Positions 25,451 through 38,920 of a DNA stretch of 64,000 nt are shown piece after piece. The stretch is taken from positions 1 to 64,000 of the forward strand of contig MU054041.1 in the NCBI GenBank assembly GCA_013239625.1. The letters are read 5' to 3'. Source of the DNA: Lama guanicoe (Eukaryota). Within the stretch, counting starts at the first letter, position 1. Every line of letters begins with the position of its first letter. Made by a program: the position numbers and the translations under genes. The notes beneath the pieces were generated by a model, which was not told where the DNA came from, did no database searches, and was given only the letters and a program-made list of their open reading frames with translations.

Positions 25451-27084
25451 CCACGTAGAGCTTATATCTGACTTGTGACCTGCTGAGATACAGCAGGAGG
25501 GGTGGCGGATGACGATAAGTGTAAAATTGAGTTACACTGAAGAAATGTGAAGGAGGAGTTACTTAAGGGGAAAAAAAGGACTGGGTTTACTGTAACAAAT
25601 CTGCATTTTTTTACAGTGATGTTTTCCAAAATACACTTTATTTCCAACATAAGTTAAAAGATGTTATAAAAAATGTTACTACACGTAGTTTCAAGCTCAA
25701 ATAACTTACACACTGTATTAAACACTCTTGAACAGGTGTCTTTAGAGCAAGATTGTAACAGACATTTGTTACAGTATTTTGAAATAATGCTCTCATTAAG
25801 CTGAGATGCATTAGAAGGACGTCAGAATGCTCAGGGTCTGGTATCTCCCAGAGGGGAGAAGGCAGTTCAGCTCCTGCTTTTTTCCTTGCTTTCTTTCAAA
25901 TATGGCAGGTATTTACAATATATGATATAATTTTACAATTGTAAATAGTCTTTATTGATAGGTGAATTTCAAAATATAATCTGTTAGATGCAAACAGAAA
26001 TAAGCATATAGTTGTTGAATTACTAAATGAAAAATAATAATTGGAAAAAATAAGCACTTCTGAAAAGAACGCCACTCTGTCAACCCACAGCCGTGTTCTT
26101 TTGCTGTCTGAATCTTCTTCCTTCTGGAGAGAAGTAGCTCTGAATGCGTGTGAAACGTAAGATGCCATGAGTTGCTTAGAAGGGACTTTCGCCTTTGATT
26201 GGTTTAAACATTCTCTGGTCTGTGGACTGGCATAGTGACTTGATAACTTCCTTATTCCCTATAGATTTCAAATACTTCCTCCAAGAAAATTAAGTTTACT
26301 GTTTCAAAGTTGGTAGGGCTGTAGTCTTGAATGTCAGGATTAAAAAAAAAAAGAAAAGATCATGAAATAAGAGAAAATACAAACTCAGAACCTCTTGGAC
26401 AGTCAGCTTGCAGTAATCATGTCTGTCTAAGGACAAATGTGAATTTGCTTATCTTTAAGGAGATGCTTTCCCTTTTGTCTGTCTCTGTAAAGCCCTGCAC
26501 CGTAAAGGACGTTATAAAAGTTATCCTTTGGCAGATACCCATGCCTGCATACACCTCGTTGCCTTGCCTTCTCTCCACCATAGATTATAGCACTTCTGAA
26601 CAAAGTAAATAAAGTATGCAAGTATGTGAATATGGAAACAAATCCCTTTTTTAATCCTTTTTCACACTACTGGTTCTCTTAAAACAAATTTTGAATTGAG
26701 AAAATTGTTTTACATATTCTGGCATCTGAATCCTATGAAATCCAGATGATCAGACTAAATCTGCTCATGAACTCATGACAGTAACTGGAGTGGTTGGGGT
26801 GGAGCATGATGTCCAGAAGACGGGGCTGTTTAATATCAATGAAACTGTTGTTTACGACACTTAGTCATTCACTTGTTGAGATATCGATTAATCCTGTTGT
26901 TCAATCCAAATAAGAGGCTGACTCATTTTAAAACACATGAAGAGTTTTAAAATATTTTTAAACTTTTGAGATGTTTATGGGAAAATGATTTCTTTACTTT
27001 GATCCTAGTTATAAAACATAAAATCAATATACATATAAGATTACCTTCTCTGACTTTCAAAGGAGTCTAAATGCCTAGTTATCC

Positions 27085-27300
27085 ACCTGTGATGTGGTAG
27101 AAAGAACGATGTGTTACCATTAGAAGTATTCATTGCTGCTTTGTGATATTGGGTGCAGTACTTTTTTTTTTTAATCCTGTTTCCTTTACTCGGCACGAAT
27201 GACAAAATAATGACCTTACATGGATGTTGTGAGGATTAAGTAGGAAAATACATGTGAAAGTAAAACTTTGAATAGCTAGTATATAGAAGACAGTAAACAC
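27085..27300 (+). mobile_element. MIR fragment
   Basis: atcctgtttccttt ... aataatgaccttacatggatgttgtgaggattaagtagg...catgtgaaag. Confidence 0.7.
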
Positions 27301-27489
27301 ATTTCATCTTACGAATACTGAATGACTGCCTTCTCTTACTTTCAAATTTTTATTATCACAAAAGATACTAGCTGATTAAACTATTATCTTAAGCAGGGTA
27401 CTAATGCATTCTTAAAACTGTCTGGTGAAATCAGTAAGCTGTACAACGTATTTAATTTTGCACCCATGGTGCAGCATAACCTAAATAAA

Positions 27490-27790
27490 TTTGAACTGTA
27501 ATTTATTGATTGGATTAATTTCTTGAGTGCCAGCCCTATATTAACATTTTCAGACATCAGACCTACAAAGCCCCAGTTCTCCATTAAACTTACACCAAAG
27601 AGTGGAGATTAAATAATAAATAAATAATCAAATGAGTAATTACAGTAATTTCAAAGAGTGTTACATACTATGTGGTGAATTATAGTGACTAATGAGCAAG
27701 ACAGAAACTAGAAATGGGGGGACAACTATTTTGTTTAAGTGACCTTAGGCATCTCTGACAATGTGACATTTGAAGCTGAGACAGTAATGG
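27490..27790 (-). mobile_element. L2 3' fragment
   Basis: atttattgattggattaatttcttgagtgccagcc; ggcatctctgacaatgtgacatttgaagctgagac. Confidence 0.55.
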
Positions 27791-29599
27791 TGATGTTAAG
27801 GTTTTTGGCATTACTGCAGGTTTTTTTTTTATTACAGATGGTTATTCACTGAGAGAATAGAATGGAAATTTTACGCTGGCCTTTTAAGCACCAAAGAGTT
27901 GATACGTTTTTGAAATAAGTGCTATTTTGTGACAAGAGGGTGCTCTGGCAAAGCACCCCTTGCTTTCCCTACTAGGGTGATTTGATTTGTTTCAGGTCGC
28001 CACTGTTAGGTTTTAATGAGCTTGGCTCCCAGTTTCAGCTTTTAAGGAACAGAGGTTTTTGTGTTGTTGTTGTTTCTTTTGCACCATATTATATACTTTG
28101 TATAGTTTTCCTCTCAAGAAACTCTTGCAGAACTTGGAAATTTACAAAAGGGAATTACCCTCTGGGACATAGCAGTTATTCCTGCAACCAGCACTGTTTG
28201 AGTCTCACATCACATTATTGAGCACCTTTTTTTTTCCTTAACATCTACGCTTTTCAAAATAACCATTTCAGTGTGCTGGGTTGTAATATTTATAGTTCTG
28301 ATGGCCCTCGCTGACTGTTTAATGTGGGCTATGCCATAAGAGAATCGTAGATGAAACTGCTGTTTGGCTTCACTTCAAGTTCAAACAGCAAACTGCTAAT
28401 GGTGAGGCATCTTTCACCTGCAGATCCTTTCTTGCCATACATCGGTACACCCATGATAAAGCATTCTGTTTGCTAGCCTTGGCATAGCAAGGCTGTATTA
28501 GCTTTCCAGGTATCATTTTTATGTTTTCTTACTGTAACACATAATTCAGCAGCATACTGGGGGGTCAGGGCAATTCATTTACAATTTCAAACCTAGTATT
28601 TGGAGCACTAAAAGTTGTTATTCGCTGAAAACGTTGATTCTCCAAATGTGCCTCATAAATATATAACTAAGATTAACTATTAACTTTTAAAATAATCTTC
28701 CTTTTATAGTCATGTCTTCAATATTCTGCACAGTGGTTCAGCTGAAGCAGTAAATGAGTCTAGATGCTATTATGGTGTTTCCAGCATAATCTAACTTAGT
28801 CATATATGGAACAAAATGTTTTTACATCCTTAATTTGAAATCTGTAAAAATGCTTGACAATCAGCCTTTCTCTCCTTTCCTCATCCTTCTCTTTCTTGTC
28901 ATTGTCTTCTATTCCTTTCTTCCTCTGTTTTACAGCTTGTATTTAGATTCTTCCTATCAACCTCCACTAATTAGCGGCCTAATATTTAAATAATTTAAAA
29001 CACAATTAAGCAAGCAAAAGAAACCTAAATGAAGAGAAACATTTTATCAGGAACTCCAGTCGCCTGGACATTTTAATTTGCTTTTTATAGTCTTGGCTGT
29101 AATAATACTTCTGTACTGTACATATAATATACATGTATTGAGGAGGTCAATGTATTTTAATAATGTGCTCAAAAATCCTAATATATTTTAGCATTTATTT
29201 ATTGGAAGTGATTAAAAATTACTTACAGTAATAATTCCATATATTCTGAAATCAAATACATAAACTATAGAGAAAAACTGATTAATTATAAAATTTTAAT
29301 ATAAATTTCAAGTTTTTCCTCACAAAGGAAATTGTGAAAACTCTTGGGATAAGTAAGAGAATAGTATCTTTCACGATAGTTTATTATCTGTTTTCTGTTA
29401 ATCCTTTGCTGTGTGTCACATGCATCCTTGTCCCAAACTTTTTTCTACTGGGATTGTGTGTGTTTATTTTTAGGTTATTTTTACTTTGTTTATAATCCTT
29501 GTGCCTGCAAATAGGCCAAATTTTCTTTTAGTATAGTCTTTAAAATGGACTCTCCAGAAAAGATTCTTCTTATAACTATATACTCTTAAAATATTTGCA

Positions 29600-29750
29600 C
29601 CTATTCCTGTAGTGAGTCAGTTCCCATATCTTACCATCAGTTCTCTCATCTATATGATAAAACAGCATACTTAACTGGGGTTGGAGATTAGAGAAAATTC
29701 ATACAAAGCCCCAGGATACAGAAGGCATTTCAATAAATAGTCACAATTTC
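29600..29750 (+). mobile_element. MIR fragment
   Basis: tcagttctctcatctatatgat ... ggttggagattagag ... catttcaataaatag. Confidence 0.5.
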
Positions 29751-30419
29751 AATTATTAAAAGAAGCAAAGGATGTAGAAAATGGAAGGTGAGCTTTAGAT
29801 AAGTGACTTTGTGGCAAGTTAACCTGCATTATAAATGAAGAGGGTTTTTAGTATGCAAATTCTGAAATAAACATCTATAGTTTCTTAGACTGCAACAAAG
29901 GCAGACTGTTTCAGGATGAAGCACTTCTGCTGTTCAAAGATGACTTCTAAAGCATTTAAATATTAACATTAGTTCAGGAGCACTGCACTGAAGCATCCCC
30001 CTGGAGACATCCATGGTGCCTTAATTTCCTCCAAAGAGTCTGAGCCTTAAATATTTAAGTGCAGTTAAAGGATTTAAAATTTGAAGAAGAAAGAATTTTT
30101 ATTTTTTAATGATGTGCACCACTTAGTTTACTCCATTTTTGTGTTAGTGCTTATTGCAAATTCCCCACTTAGGTATACTTTCTGGATCTTTTCTCTGGTG
30201 ATTTATAAAAGTAATTTCCAAAAGCTCTTTAGAGATAACTTAATTTTCCTATGGGGGACAGGGTCTATGCAAATATATATATGTATTGGTCAGGGTGATT
30301 CTCAGCGAAGTACCTGATGGAGGTGATATTTTTACATTCATATCTCTTTCACAGTCCAAGGAGCTCTCTTTGTGGGGCTGTTTGAGGTCTCTTCATCATG
30401 GGAGATCCTCTGAACCTGG

Positions 30420-30870
30420 GGTCATTTACTGAGGACCTGTTATGAGCTGGCACTATACTTTGGGCTCACTGTGTGAAGCCACATGACATAACACCTGCTT
30501 TCTATTTGAATGGAAGAAACAGACAAGTGGTCTGAACATTAACATAGTAATTGTTTGGAGAGAAATATGCACACTGTATTGTGAGAACCTATAGGAAAAT
30601 CATCTAATCAAGATTGAAGGAAAGGTTGCACAAAGGTAGGCATGAAAGTCTTTATGGAAATAACCCTCAGTTACATCTTAAGTAGTGAATAGAGTTTAGT
30701 TAACTGACAGGATTTGTTGAGCCAATGGCAACAATAAACTTTTGATATAGCTAAGTAACAATATGTAAATAGAAAACAGTAATTAAAAAATTCATGAGTA
30801 AGCAAAGCCTTAATTAGGAAAGATTTTAGAGTCCATGCCAAGAACATCTATTTTATTTTGTTGCAGATGA
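30420..30870 (-). mobile_element. L2 3' fragment
   Basis: catttactgaggacctgttatgagctggcact; gagtccatgccaagaa. Confidence 0.5.
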
Positions 30871-31329
30871 TGATAAATCACATTGTAATATTTAAAGAAG
30901 GTTGAATATATGTTTGTCTCCTTCCCATTCCTATCCCAAAATGCATGGCTGCCCCAGTTAACACTCAGGCAAATCCTTTTGAGAAATAACTTCCTAAACT
31001 GTCTTATGTAAAGTTGCTAGTGGAATATTCCTTCTTTTAGAGATACTTGTAATTTAACAGGAGGTTCTCAGAGATATACTGTCTTTGCTCAAAGAAACAA
31101 TCTCTATTGGTGAACAATAAATGTACCATAAGAGAAATGTAGAATTATTATTTGAAATGACAAACTCATCTTTCATTCCTTAACTAAAACCCTAAAACCC
31201 ATCCCTACCTCATTCTGTGTCTACCCTTCTGATCTACATGAAATCTCTATGATTCTACTCTTGTGACCACAGGAAATCTTTCACTAATTGCAGAAGATTC
31301 TCTGTTCTTTGTGCATCAGTCCCTGACTT

Positions 31330-32516
31330 CTTCCTAGCTCAGCTACATCACAAGGGCTTGGTTTATGGTGTGTCAGTGCTGGGAGGTGGAAGACGAGCAG
31401 TCCCAGGATGATGCCACGGCACAGCAGTGCAGTATTCTCCACTGAACAATCAGCCAGAGAGGCTCTAAGCAGATGGCCCTAAAAGATAGCTAAGATAGAA
31501 ATGTTTCCTAGTGGGCAGAGCTGTACGGGATATACCTGGTAATCCATTTTGTGTGCAAAGAGAAATGGGCTAATAATGTGTACAGATTTCCGAAAAGTGG
31601 TTAATGGCAGGAGGTTAGGAAGAAAATGGCTGGAGGATTGGAGATAAGGGAATTAGGGTATAGGCATGTGAGCAGACATAGGGCATGAAATATAAAGACA
31701 CTGTATTTACATGTTAATGTTTCCCAGAATGCATCCATCAGATAATAGACACTCAGTATCCAAGAAGAATTAACATCAGCTTATCTTCATTGGCTATCTC
31801 AGATCAAGGATAGCAGTACATAAGTAGCCACAGTGGCAGATATGGAGGGTATGTGTGGGGTCAATAGCATTGAATCTCATTTACTGAGATGAATATGGCT
31901 AATGTCTCTGAATATTCAACCTGCAGACTATAGAGATGAAGGTGATCCCCTGACACAGCATCATTTCTTAAGGGTGAACCAGTTACTTGTTGCCTAATGA
32001 ACGATTAATCCCCTTTTGTTCCAGAAGGACCATAAGTTTGTCCTCAGAGAGGTATATACCTCTTCTGGGTATGGATTTGCCTTTTCATCCCATAGAAGCT
32101 CAGTCAGAGTCTCTACTGAGGACTTATGAAACGACTGATTTTACAGGCATAGAATCCCACAAAACACAGCATCTAATCAAGTGGCCCACTACACAGAGAA
32201 AGAGATGTGAGAATAGACCATAACTAAGATGCACACACCATCTAGATGCTGTCACCCTCACAGAGTGCTGGAAAACCCAACTGAAGACACAGGTGAAGCA
32301 ACTACTTGGACACAACATTCTGAAAGATGTGGTTCCCTCGGAATTCAGTATACATATTAAATCATAGGTGTCTATAGTGTGCTGTACCTCAAAAAAAAAG
32401 ATCCCATGGGTTTAGGAACCAAGTGGCAAAAGGAATCCTAGTCCTGGCTGCACTTACCAGCGTTCTTAATGATCACTGTCTGGGAGGAATGGATCTGTGT
32501 GGGACAAGTGGTGGAC
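31330..32516 (+). mobile_element. ERV-L/ERV3-16-type internal remnant (pol RNaseH and integrase region, decayed)
   Basis: tcctagtgggcagagctg (SQWAEL-like); catttgtgtgcaaagagaaatgg-like (HFxxKEKW); tggaggattggagataaggga (WRIGDK); catgttaatg (HVN). All are ERV-L pol motifs, with many disablements. Confidence 0.82.
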
Positions 32517-32969
32517 TGTGGCAGCCACGGAAATGTGCTGCTCAGTCTCCATCAAGAGAAATGGCTACAGGAGGCACAGCTAACTGACAGCCCTGTTACC
32601 ATCCTTGTGAAACTACCACAGTGTTCACACCAAGACCACACTTTCACCAGTGACTGTGCATGGCAGGGCACCAGCGCCAGCCCATGTCTGTGGGGCATGG
32701 CATTCCTCTAATGAGCACTGAGCACCTTTGGCTCTGGGACTCTCCCAGTAATCTGGCCAAAACCATCTTAGAACTGTTCAGAGTAGTCTGAGACTCTCTT
32801 GCCTAATGCTGCTATCTTACACTGTTGTCAGATCCACAGCATACCATGAAGGTCCCCCCTGTATTCCCCACCTCCCCAACTTTACCCTTAACAGAATACC
32901 ACCTAGTGAATCCCTTGTACTTCTAAGCCCGTCTTGGAGTCTGCCTCTTCCAGGACCCAAATTAACACA
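32517..32969 (+). mobile_element. LTR16-family LTR, the 3' LTR of the preceding internal remnant
   Basis: TG...CA ends: tgtggcagccacggaaatgtgctgctcagtctcc ... gtctgcctcttccaggacccaaattaacaca. Preceded by the purine-rich gggacaagtggtggac. Confidence 0.85.
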
Positions 32970-34139
32970 AAGATCAACTGCCGAATGTGTCAATCATCTA
33001 TTACGTGTCAAAAGAAGCTTATAAAGCAAGCCTCATCTTGCATTTTAATATATAAGTGTACATGTGTTCACTGAAATTAAAACTGTCTTTTCTCTCAGAA
33101 ATTTTCACTTGCTAGGAAAAACTTTTTTAAAAAGTGGTTACCTCTAAGTTGTAGGTAATTGCAGTAAGTATGTTACAGAAAGTGCCAGATTTGTATATTC
33201 TGTAAATTAGTCTAATAATTAGGGTAATGAGTTACATAACACAGAGTGTAATTGACCAGAATATGGATGATGCAACTACAAACCAATAAAATGTTAGCTG
33301 CACTCAATGCCTGCGACTGTTCCAAACTGCTACTTAACGCTGAACATTTACTCTCTGGGTCAAAAGGCGCTGAGTGAGCTGTGGACTGCTAAACACTGAT
33401 CTTAAGACTTCTAGTCCCTTGTGTCGAAATCCACGTCTAGCGGTCATTTGATGCTCTTGCTAGGGCTGAGCAGTAGTCAAGGCTGGGGGTTTGGGGAGAG
33501 GGAGAGAGACAGAGTCTGAGATAAGTCCATTCCTTGGGCCAAGTAATCCATGCCATCCACTCCTTCTTCCATGGTTTTTCAGTTACTCCTTAGCATGCTG
33601 GAGAAAAATAAATGAAAGGTGTGTTGCCTTACAACCTGGGAGCTTCCTGGGAGTAATCTAAAGCAGGCTCGTGGACTCACATAGGGCAGGGAGAGACGGG
33701 AGGGAGAGGCGGGCCACTCGAGACTGCTACCTGGCAGATTTAATAAGCAAAGAACTGACTTACGAGGCTTGTCTTGGGTGGCTGCAGGAGGAGTAGTTTC
33801 CTGCATCCTCCTGCCAGAATCTTAGAAGTTTATATAGAAGCCTTAACTGGGTTCCGTCACGTTTTCAGTCCAGATGGTCTCAGTAACACCTTACTCTCTC
33901 AAGGCTGTGTCCTTGGAACAGCTCTCACTGTGGGAACAGGAGACAGACTGTGCATTCCACGGGGAGGGGAGGGGTGAGGAGCCTCTGATGACAGGTCCAG
34001 CTTACAGGTCAAACCGCGCTCACGTTTTTTTCAGTGACCTCCCCTAACAAAGTGTTCCAGGGTGATAATGTTTGTTGTCTGCTATCTGCTTCTTGACATC
34101 CTAACCTCCATCTTTTTGTTGACCTCGAGGTGTTGTTAA

Positions 34140-34520
34140 CTGGGATAATGCAAGTGGATACATAAATTGTAGTATATTCCTACAATAGGATACTTACACA
34201 CAAATAAAATTAAATATAACTACACACATTAGATAAATTTCACAACAATATTAAACAAAAGGCAACTCACAAAAGAAAACATAATCTGGTATTATTTATA
34301 TAAAATTTAAAATAGGCAAAAGCTAAACTATTTTTTGATTAATTAGAAAAGCTTTTAAAAATCAAGAGAAAGATCTTCACAAAAGTCAAGATGATGATTA
34401 ACTCCAGAGACAGTGGGAGTGATGTGACTGCAGTCACCTAGTTGTTCATTTCATAAATACTCTTGGACAATGTCTACATAAATATGCACTTTCTGTGTGA
34501 TTATTTCTCAATAAAAATTA
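34140..34520 (+). mobile_element. L1ME-type 3' end
   Basis: ataaattgtagtatattcctacaatagg; aaaataggcaaaagctaaacta; atgcactttctgtgtgattatttctcaataaaaa. Confidence 0.75.
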
Positions 34521-36339
34521 CATTAGAATTACAATTAATGACACAAAATTTTATAGGCACTATGTTCTCTGCCATGTTAAGAAGGCTTGAAATGTGACAT
34601 TGAAGGAAAATACATGATTAATAGGAAAAAAAAGAAAAGCTTTAAGATGCACTTTATTGCAGAGTCTGTAGTGTGAAAATTATCACAGTCACTTTTTATT
34701 GGAAAAATATCCCAAACTATTTATTATATACAGAACAATACATTTGAAAGAGAAACTGAAGGGGATTAAATGGAAGCATAGTCTCAACAACAAAGAAGTT
34801 CAAAACAAAAATGGCACCAAACATTAAGAGTACAGATGGGGGTTTCCCTCCCTTTTCTTAGAAATAAAATATTGCACGTCTTTTTTTTTTCTTGTTTTGT
34901 TTGCTAATGATAATTGTGTTCTACTTACTGGTTACAACACTGACTCTACACGTTCACCGGCATAGCTTTCACAAACCAGCACTGTGTAACGTTCGCTGGT
35001 GTCAGCCGTGGTCTCAGCATGGTTCGTGTGATGATTTCCCGGGGCAGGCAGCTGAAACGTGGACCCTCGGGGAACTGGATCACTTGATGTGACAATTGTG
35101 CAATTTTGAGGTAATCCCCTCTGAGAACAGTACAGGGAAAATTTTCACTGTGGATAAAATGAGTTGATGGGCTCCCTGGAGGAGAGAGGAGATAGATAGG
35201 AAGGAAAGATTAAGGCTTTTAAAAAGTGTAATAAAATCAAACTTTATCCATTGCCTAGTTTTGCTAGAAACTGTTTTCTGTTGACCATCTGACTTCTGAA
35301 CCAGGTAGAAGAATTAAAATTTACCCTACCTTAATTGTCTTCAACATATTCATGTCCCTTAACTAGAATGGGAACCCTAAAATGCTGGATTTTAAAACAA
35401 ACAAACAATTAAAGTGAAAGAAGTGTATTTACTGGGTCACTGAACAAAGGAAACAAAGTAAATGACCCAGCTGTTGACTGATCCCTAAGTGTCTGTCTGC
35501 ACTGGAAGCAGGCTGACTCAGATACCCTCCTTGAGAAGGATACAGGGGGCAGCAGCTGTGGAATTAGAGACCCATTTCTGACCAGGACTGTGGCCTGGCT
35601 TCTGCTGGCTTCTTTGTAAGTTTCTCAGGAAATCTGCAGAGTTCAACTTATCACTGAGGAAGACATGTAAGGTATTAACCATGAACTCAGTCAGCACCCC
35701 CTCCGCTTAAGATGCTTCTGCTTCTATGCTTCCGCCTGAAAATTTCCATTCAAAAGAGCACAGAGCCTCAGAAACTCACCTCTCCAAGGCAATGTCAGAA
35801 ATAATTCTTTATTTCATGTTAGCTTATTTTTCTCTAAGACCCACTAAAAAATGTAAACAGCAATAATGAGAAATGAGATTCTCCCTTCTGTCTTTTTTTA
35901 GTGCCTACCATGCATGGATGTGTGACAGTCATGTCCACAGCTGATAACACAGCATAATCTTCTCATTACCATCCCTCTCTCTCTGTCCCGAGCACAGCTG
36001 ACTGATCCAGGAATGCACATCAGATCTGGGGTTGTACATCACAGCCACACCTGGCAATCAGATGATTTCTTCTCAGAATTTGCACTTCAGAGGTCCTGCA
36101 GGTGAGTCACTCTGAGGCTGGCATTTCAGGAATGTCAGCATTACATAATGGCACTCCTAAAAGCCAGCCTCAGAGTGGCCTTAACCTTGACCCCGTGCTA
36201 AGGGATTCCAGAGCCCTTTATTGGGTAACTTTGCTTGGAGACTTTCCAGTAGCCTCACTGAGACATTCTCAGAACTCTGTGTAAATCACGACTGGCTCTA
36301 ACTCGGGTATTTTGCTAGGCTAGCCCAGTGGCTAACGCA

Positions 36340-36580
36340 TATAATACTTCGTGTGTACAAAGTTTTCTACAGGCTTTATATAAAAATCTATCCATTTAAC
36401 TCTCAAAAAGTACTCTATCAGGTGGATACAGCAATTCATATTTTATAGATGAAAACACTGAGATACTGAGGCATTAAGTCATCTCCCCAAGCCTGTGAGT
36501 GAGTAAATGGTGAAGAGAAGTCAGACCTTCACACCTGGCCGTAGCGTCGGTGTCCTCCGACCACAGCAGCGCTGACGGGC
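36340..36580 (-). mobile_element. MIR element
   Basis: Core attttatagatgaaaacactgag...attaagtcatctccccaag. Confidence 0.8.
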
Positions 36581-38649
36581 TCGCCTGTGCTTCTTGATCT
36601 TCCCTCATAGATGCTTGTGATCCTTTTCTTGTCTGCTTACGTCCGATGCGGGATCACTCAGGCCTCCGGTCTGCCTGTCGAGATCTCCTAGGTAGTTGTG
36701 GACTGGTCTGCAGTGAAAGAGGATAAGCTGTCTTCGTTCTTAAGTTTTCTAGAATTCAGCTTCGGAAGCTCTGGCCTCTGGTTTTGAGGTTTACAGAGGA
36801 CAGCACGCCTATATTCAGAAAAAAGAAGATAGGAAGGCTTCTCAGCACAAAATACAGTCACATGCAGTCCCGCCAGCGCTGTGGCCCTGTACAGGGACTA
36901 CACAGACAGTTTAGCGGTGGCATCCCAGCCCGTTATGGGCATTGACGAAAACCATCTGAACGACTCCTCCAAACCCTACTCCTAACAGCGGGATCAGTGG
37001 TAAGCCCACCTGGCTCCATTTGAAGTCTTTATCCATGTTAAGAATGATCTGTTTCTCCCCCTGGCCTCTCCACCTCTTCTTATACACAATCGCCCCCGTA
37101 TCAGTATCGCAGCACTATCGTGGATTTCTTCAGTTTCCATGGGAGGCTTCTTATAGTCTTTGTGCCTCCAGCAGGGTAAGGGAAGAGGGAGAATTTAGGT
37201 TTATGCATTCCTTCCAGAATCCCCCATCAGCTCATCAGTCTTCACATATAGTTTAGATGTAACAGCTCTGAATTTTCTAAATTTGCATAATGCCTTACAA
37301 CTTATTTTGCAGGAACATTTTATTTTTACTGTATGCTAGCTGTAAAGACTAAGCCCCAGGCATTGTATTACATTTTTAAGAAGTAATACAGTTTCTCCAT
37401 TAAAATAAAGTTACTCATTTTGTAAAACTTTACTGCAAATAGTAGCTGTATGAATCCAAGGCAACAGAAAGAAGTGCAATCTCCAAATATTCTCTGGTTC
37501 TAGGTGCATACTATTTCCACTTGATTGTGAAAGGTGCGTTTTTATTTACTTTCATATTCTGTGTCTCAGGAGGCCCTGTTCTTCTCTGGGGTAGTTTTTA
37601 GTATAATAAGGAAAGACAAATGTTCTTACTCTCCAAGCACGTGGCTTGCAGTGCCTGATTGTCTGCCAGTCCCAGGAGTTTCAGTGCTCGAGCTTCACTG
37701 GTGTGAATCTGAGGTTTTCAGTAGCTTCCGTACATCCTACTGTGTGATGTATCTGGTATTTTAGCAGAACTTCAGAGAAAAAACTAGCCTTCCTTCAATG
37801 AGAGCTACAGGCCTTACTTCTCATTCTTTATTAAAAGATGCTTTTGAAATTTCTCTGTTCTTGCTTTGAACACATAGTTTGGGTATCCAGAACCATTTTA
37901 TTGTTTGAGTTATTTAACACAGAGCTCTCAGGGGCTTCCATGTATAGTAAGTGAATAATGTAATTTTGGCAGTTTCTGTGTTGTTGCTTCTGCTCCTATT
38001 GATGTTAAATTTGTTCCCAAATATCTGACCAGGACTGATACTAGTTTTAATATAGAAGATACCAGATGGATTCTTTTTTTTTTCCCCTACACATTTAGTA
38101 CTTTAAATTCTATTTTGACCTCAAGATTTTTCATCTAAACAAAAAATCCACTGAGTTTATTCTTTTCCACTTTGAAGTTTTGTTTCTGGTGTTCACTTTC
38201 TGCCTGGATGTTTATTTATGACTGTATCTAAATTCAGGGAGGAGTTCTATTTAATCAATGTAGATTTAATGAGTACTTATTTGGATCTGGAAAAGCAAAG
38301 TCAAAAATGATGGAATCTTGCTATTAGGAAAGGAAATGTTACTCAAAAATTTGAGATAGATTAGATTTGCATAAAAATTCTATTACAAATTCATATTTAA
38401 ATATATAATGTATGTTATATGATTTTTCTGTGTAAAATAGGTAACATGCAATATATAATACATAACATACAGTGTACATTTAATATAATGCTATATATTG
38501 CATATGTTACATATTCAATATATAAATATACTGATGCTTGAAATTTGAAATAATATATAGGGCCTTTAAAGAACAGAAGTATACAGGCTAAGTGCAAGTC
38601 ACTTATATATGATAGGAGAGCAAAGGAGCAAAAATAAAAAAAGAAACAG

Positions 38650-38920
38650 TCAGAGTTTTAATAGCATTTTTGAGGATGAATTGAGCTGTAGACATGGACA
38701 AGGACAGAGAACATTCCAAGCGAAGGAACAGCAAATTCAAGGCACTGACACGTGAAACAGCGTCACTTACAGACTTGTGATGTGATAGGTCTTGAAACAG
38801 AGTCTCATTAAGCTGGACCATTGAAGAATTGGCTGTTTCTGTTTTGCATTCCATGCAGGATGCATCCTGTGATAGGAACCGGGATGAAATAGATGGTTTG
38901 CTCAGATCAGGTCATTCTAG
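38650..38920 (-). mobile_element. L2 fragment
   Basis: gaacattccaagcgaaggaacagcaaattcaaggcactga. Confidence 0.65.

Noticed and set aside
22760..25470. TSD for the 2.7-kb L1
   Set aside because: The only similarity (tttaaagaatgg vs tttaagaagg) is weak, and the right-hand copy lies within L1 sequence.
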